Source of the DNA: a virus
Taxonomy: Duplodnaviria; Caudoviricetes
Length of the DNA stretch: 64,000 nt
Virus record (IMG/VR): IMGVR_UViG_3300021375_000006
Direction: 5' to 3' (one strand)
The notes beneath the pieces are model-generated. The model was not told the origin of the DNA and made no database searches. It was given only the letters and a program-made list of their open reading frames with translations. The translations under genes and the position numbers were made by a program. Positions 63,226 through 64,000 of the stretch are shown piece by piece; positions within the stretch are counted from its first letter, which is position 1; every line of letters begins with the position of its first letter.

Positions 63226-64000
63226 TTATTTCTTTTTCTTCTTCTTCTTACTACCACCAATACCACCGATTATCTTACCAGCTTTTTTGCCAGCATTACC
63301 GGCAGCATTACCAGCATCTTGTATAGGTTGAACTACTGGTTGAGCTGCTCTAGCGGCTTCATCTTTTTTTCTTTGTAATTCTGCTGCGGCTGCATCTGCT
63401 TGTCTTTTAGATTCTGCTGCGGCTGCATCTGCTTGTCTTTTAGATTCTGCTGCGGCTTCGTCTAATCTAAGTTTTTCTGCTGTTTCTTCTGCTAGTTTTT
63501 GAGCCGCTTCTTGTGCTGGATTAGTATTAACACTTACTGAAGTATCTACATCAACCCCGACTAAAAGTGCTACTTTTCCGTCAACACCGACTGTTGCAAC
63601 TCCATCATCCATCGTAGCTCCACCGCCAACTGCGGCTCCTGCTTGAACCCCAGCTGATACTCCAGCTCCAATTTCAGCACTATTACCATCGTCATCAGAT
63701 ACTGTATTAGATGCTCCAACTCCAACTGATGCTCCAGCTACTGCTCCTGCATGTCCTTCTGCTCCATCCATACCAACTTGTCCACCAGCCGATACTCCAG
63801 CACTTGCTTGAGCTCCTGCATGAACTTCGGTTTCATTTGAAATATCTCCATTTTCTACTGTATTAGATGCACCAACTTCTACTGATGTTCCAACTTCTGC
63901 TCCAGCTTCTACTTTGGCATTTCTACCATCGAATCCAGCTTCAGCGCCAGCTTCTACATGTGCTTCTGCATCTGCATGTGCTTCCTGTTTAAGTTCAAAG
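63226..64000 (-). CDS. Gly/Ala/Val alternating beta-repeat protein with coiled coil and poly-Lys tail (5' end outside window)
   Basis: The frame stays open from 63999 to the stop at 63226 (hand-translated extension FELKQEAHADAEAHVEAGAEAGFDG...). Confidence 0.8.
   Translation of the reverse strand, partial: FELKQEAHADAEAHVEAGAEAGFDGRNAKVEAGAEVGTSVEVGASNTVENGDISNETEVHAGAQASAGVSAGGQVGMDGAEGHAGAVAGASVGVGASNTVSDDDGNSAEIGAGVSAGVQAGAAVGGGATMDDGVATVGVDGKVALLVGVDVDTSVSVNTNPAQEAAQKLAEETAEKLRLDEAAAESKRQADAAAAESKRQADAAAAELQRKKDEAARAAQPVVQPIQDAGNAAGNAGKKAGKIIGGIGGSKKKKKKK
63378..63457. repeat. 33-bp coding tandem repeat (AAAESKRQADA, ~2.4 copies)
   Basis: Unit attctgctgcggctgcatctgcttgtcttttag. Confidence 0.9.

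Noticed and set aside
1-64000. Alternative genetic code (stop-codon reassignment) as in some large phages
   Set aside because: Genes tile the window as long intact ORFs in the standard code, and TAA, TAG and TGA all serve as apparent stops at gene boundaries.

Overview
AT-rich 64-kb segment of a large tailed dsDNA phage with T4-like myovirus architecture, most likely infecting Bacteroidota (Flavobacteria-like). Host evidence: Bacteroidota-type ribosomal proteins S1 and S21, BACON-like domains, A-rich ribosome-binding regions without Shine-Dalgarno motifs, and a TATATTAG promoter box. Nearly all genes are on the minus strand and read in the standard code. 1-30.6 kb is a neck/baseplate/fibre module (gp13-, gp25-, gp6-, gp5-, gp53-, gp48-like). 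It includes a >=1849-aa adhesin-decorated ORF missing from the ORF track, a putative amidoligase, rpsA and a 2-gene plus-strand island. 30.6-36 kb holds hypotheticals, a DUF6445 oxygenase, a DinG-like helicase and dCMP deaminase. 36-42.7 kb holds probable head-packaged proteins with MK(H/Y)IKxxxE leaders and ESVxNE junctions, plus a BACON/Hint protein. 42.7-58 kb is an accessory region: UvsE, a PvuII-like nuclease, HAD phosphatases, RNase HII, a GNA1-like GNAT, PhoH, rpsU, DnaJ, Hsp20, an exonuclease, an ATP-grasp ligase and a candidate small RNA. 58-64 kb is a modification cluster: a GT25-lysyl-hydroxylase fusion, a sulfotransferase-kinase fusion, a GT4-sulfotransferase fusion and a Gly/Ala beta-repeat protein. 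Three recurrent promoter-like motif classes are visible. I found no tRNA, rRNA, CRISPR array, integrase, terminase, major capsid or DNA polymerase gene. All family assignments come from motif recognition by eye, not from database searches.
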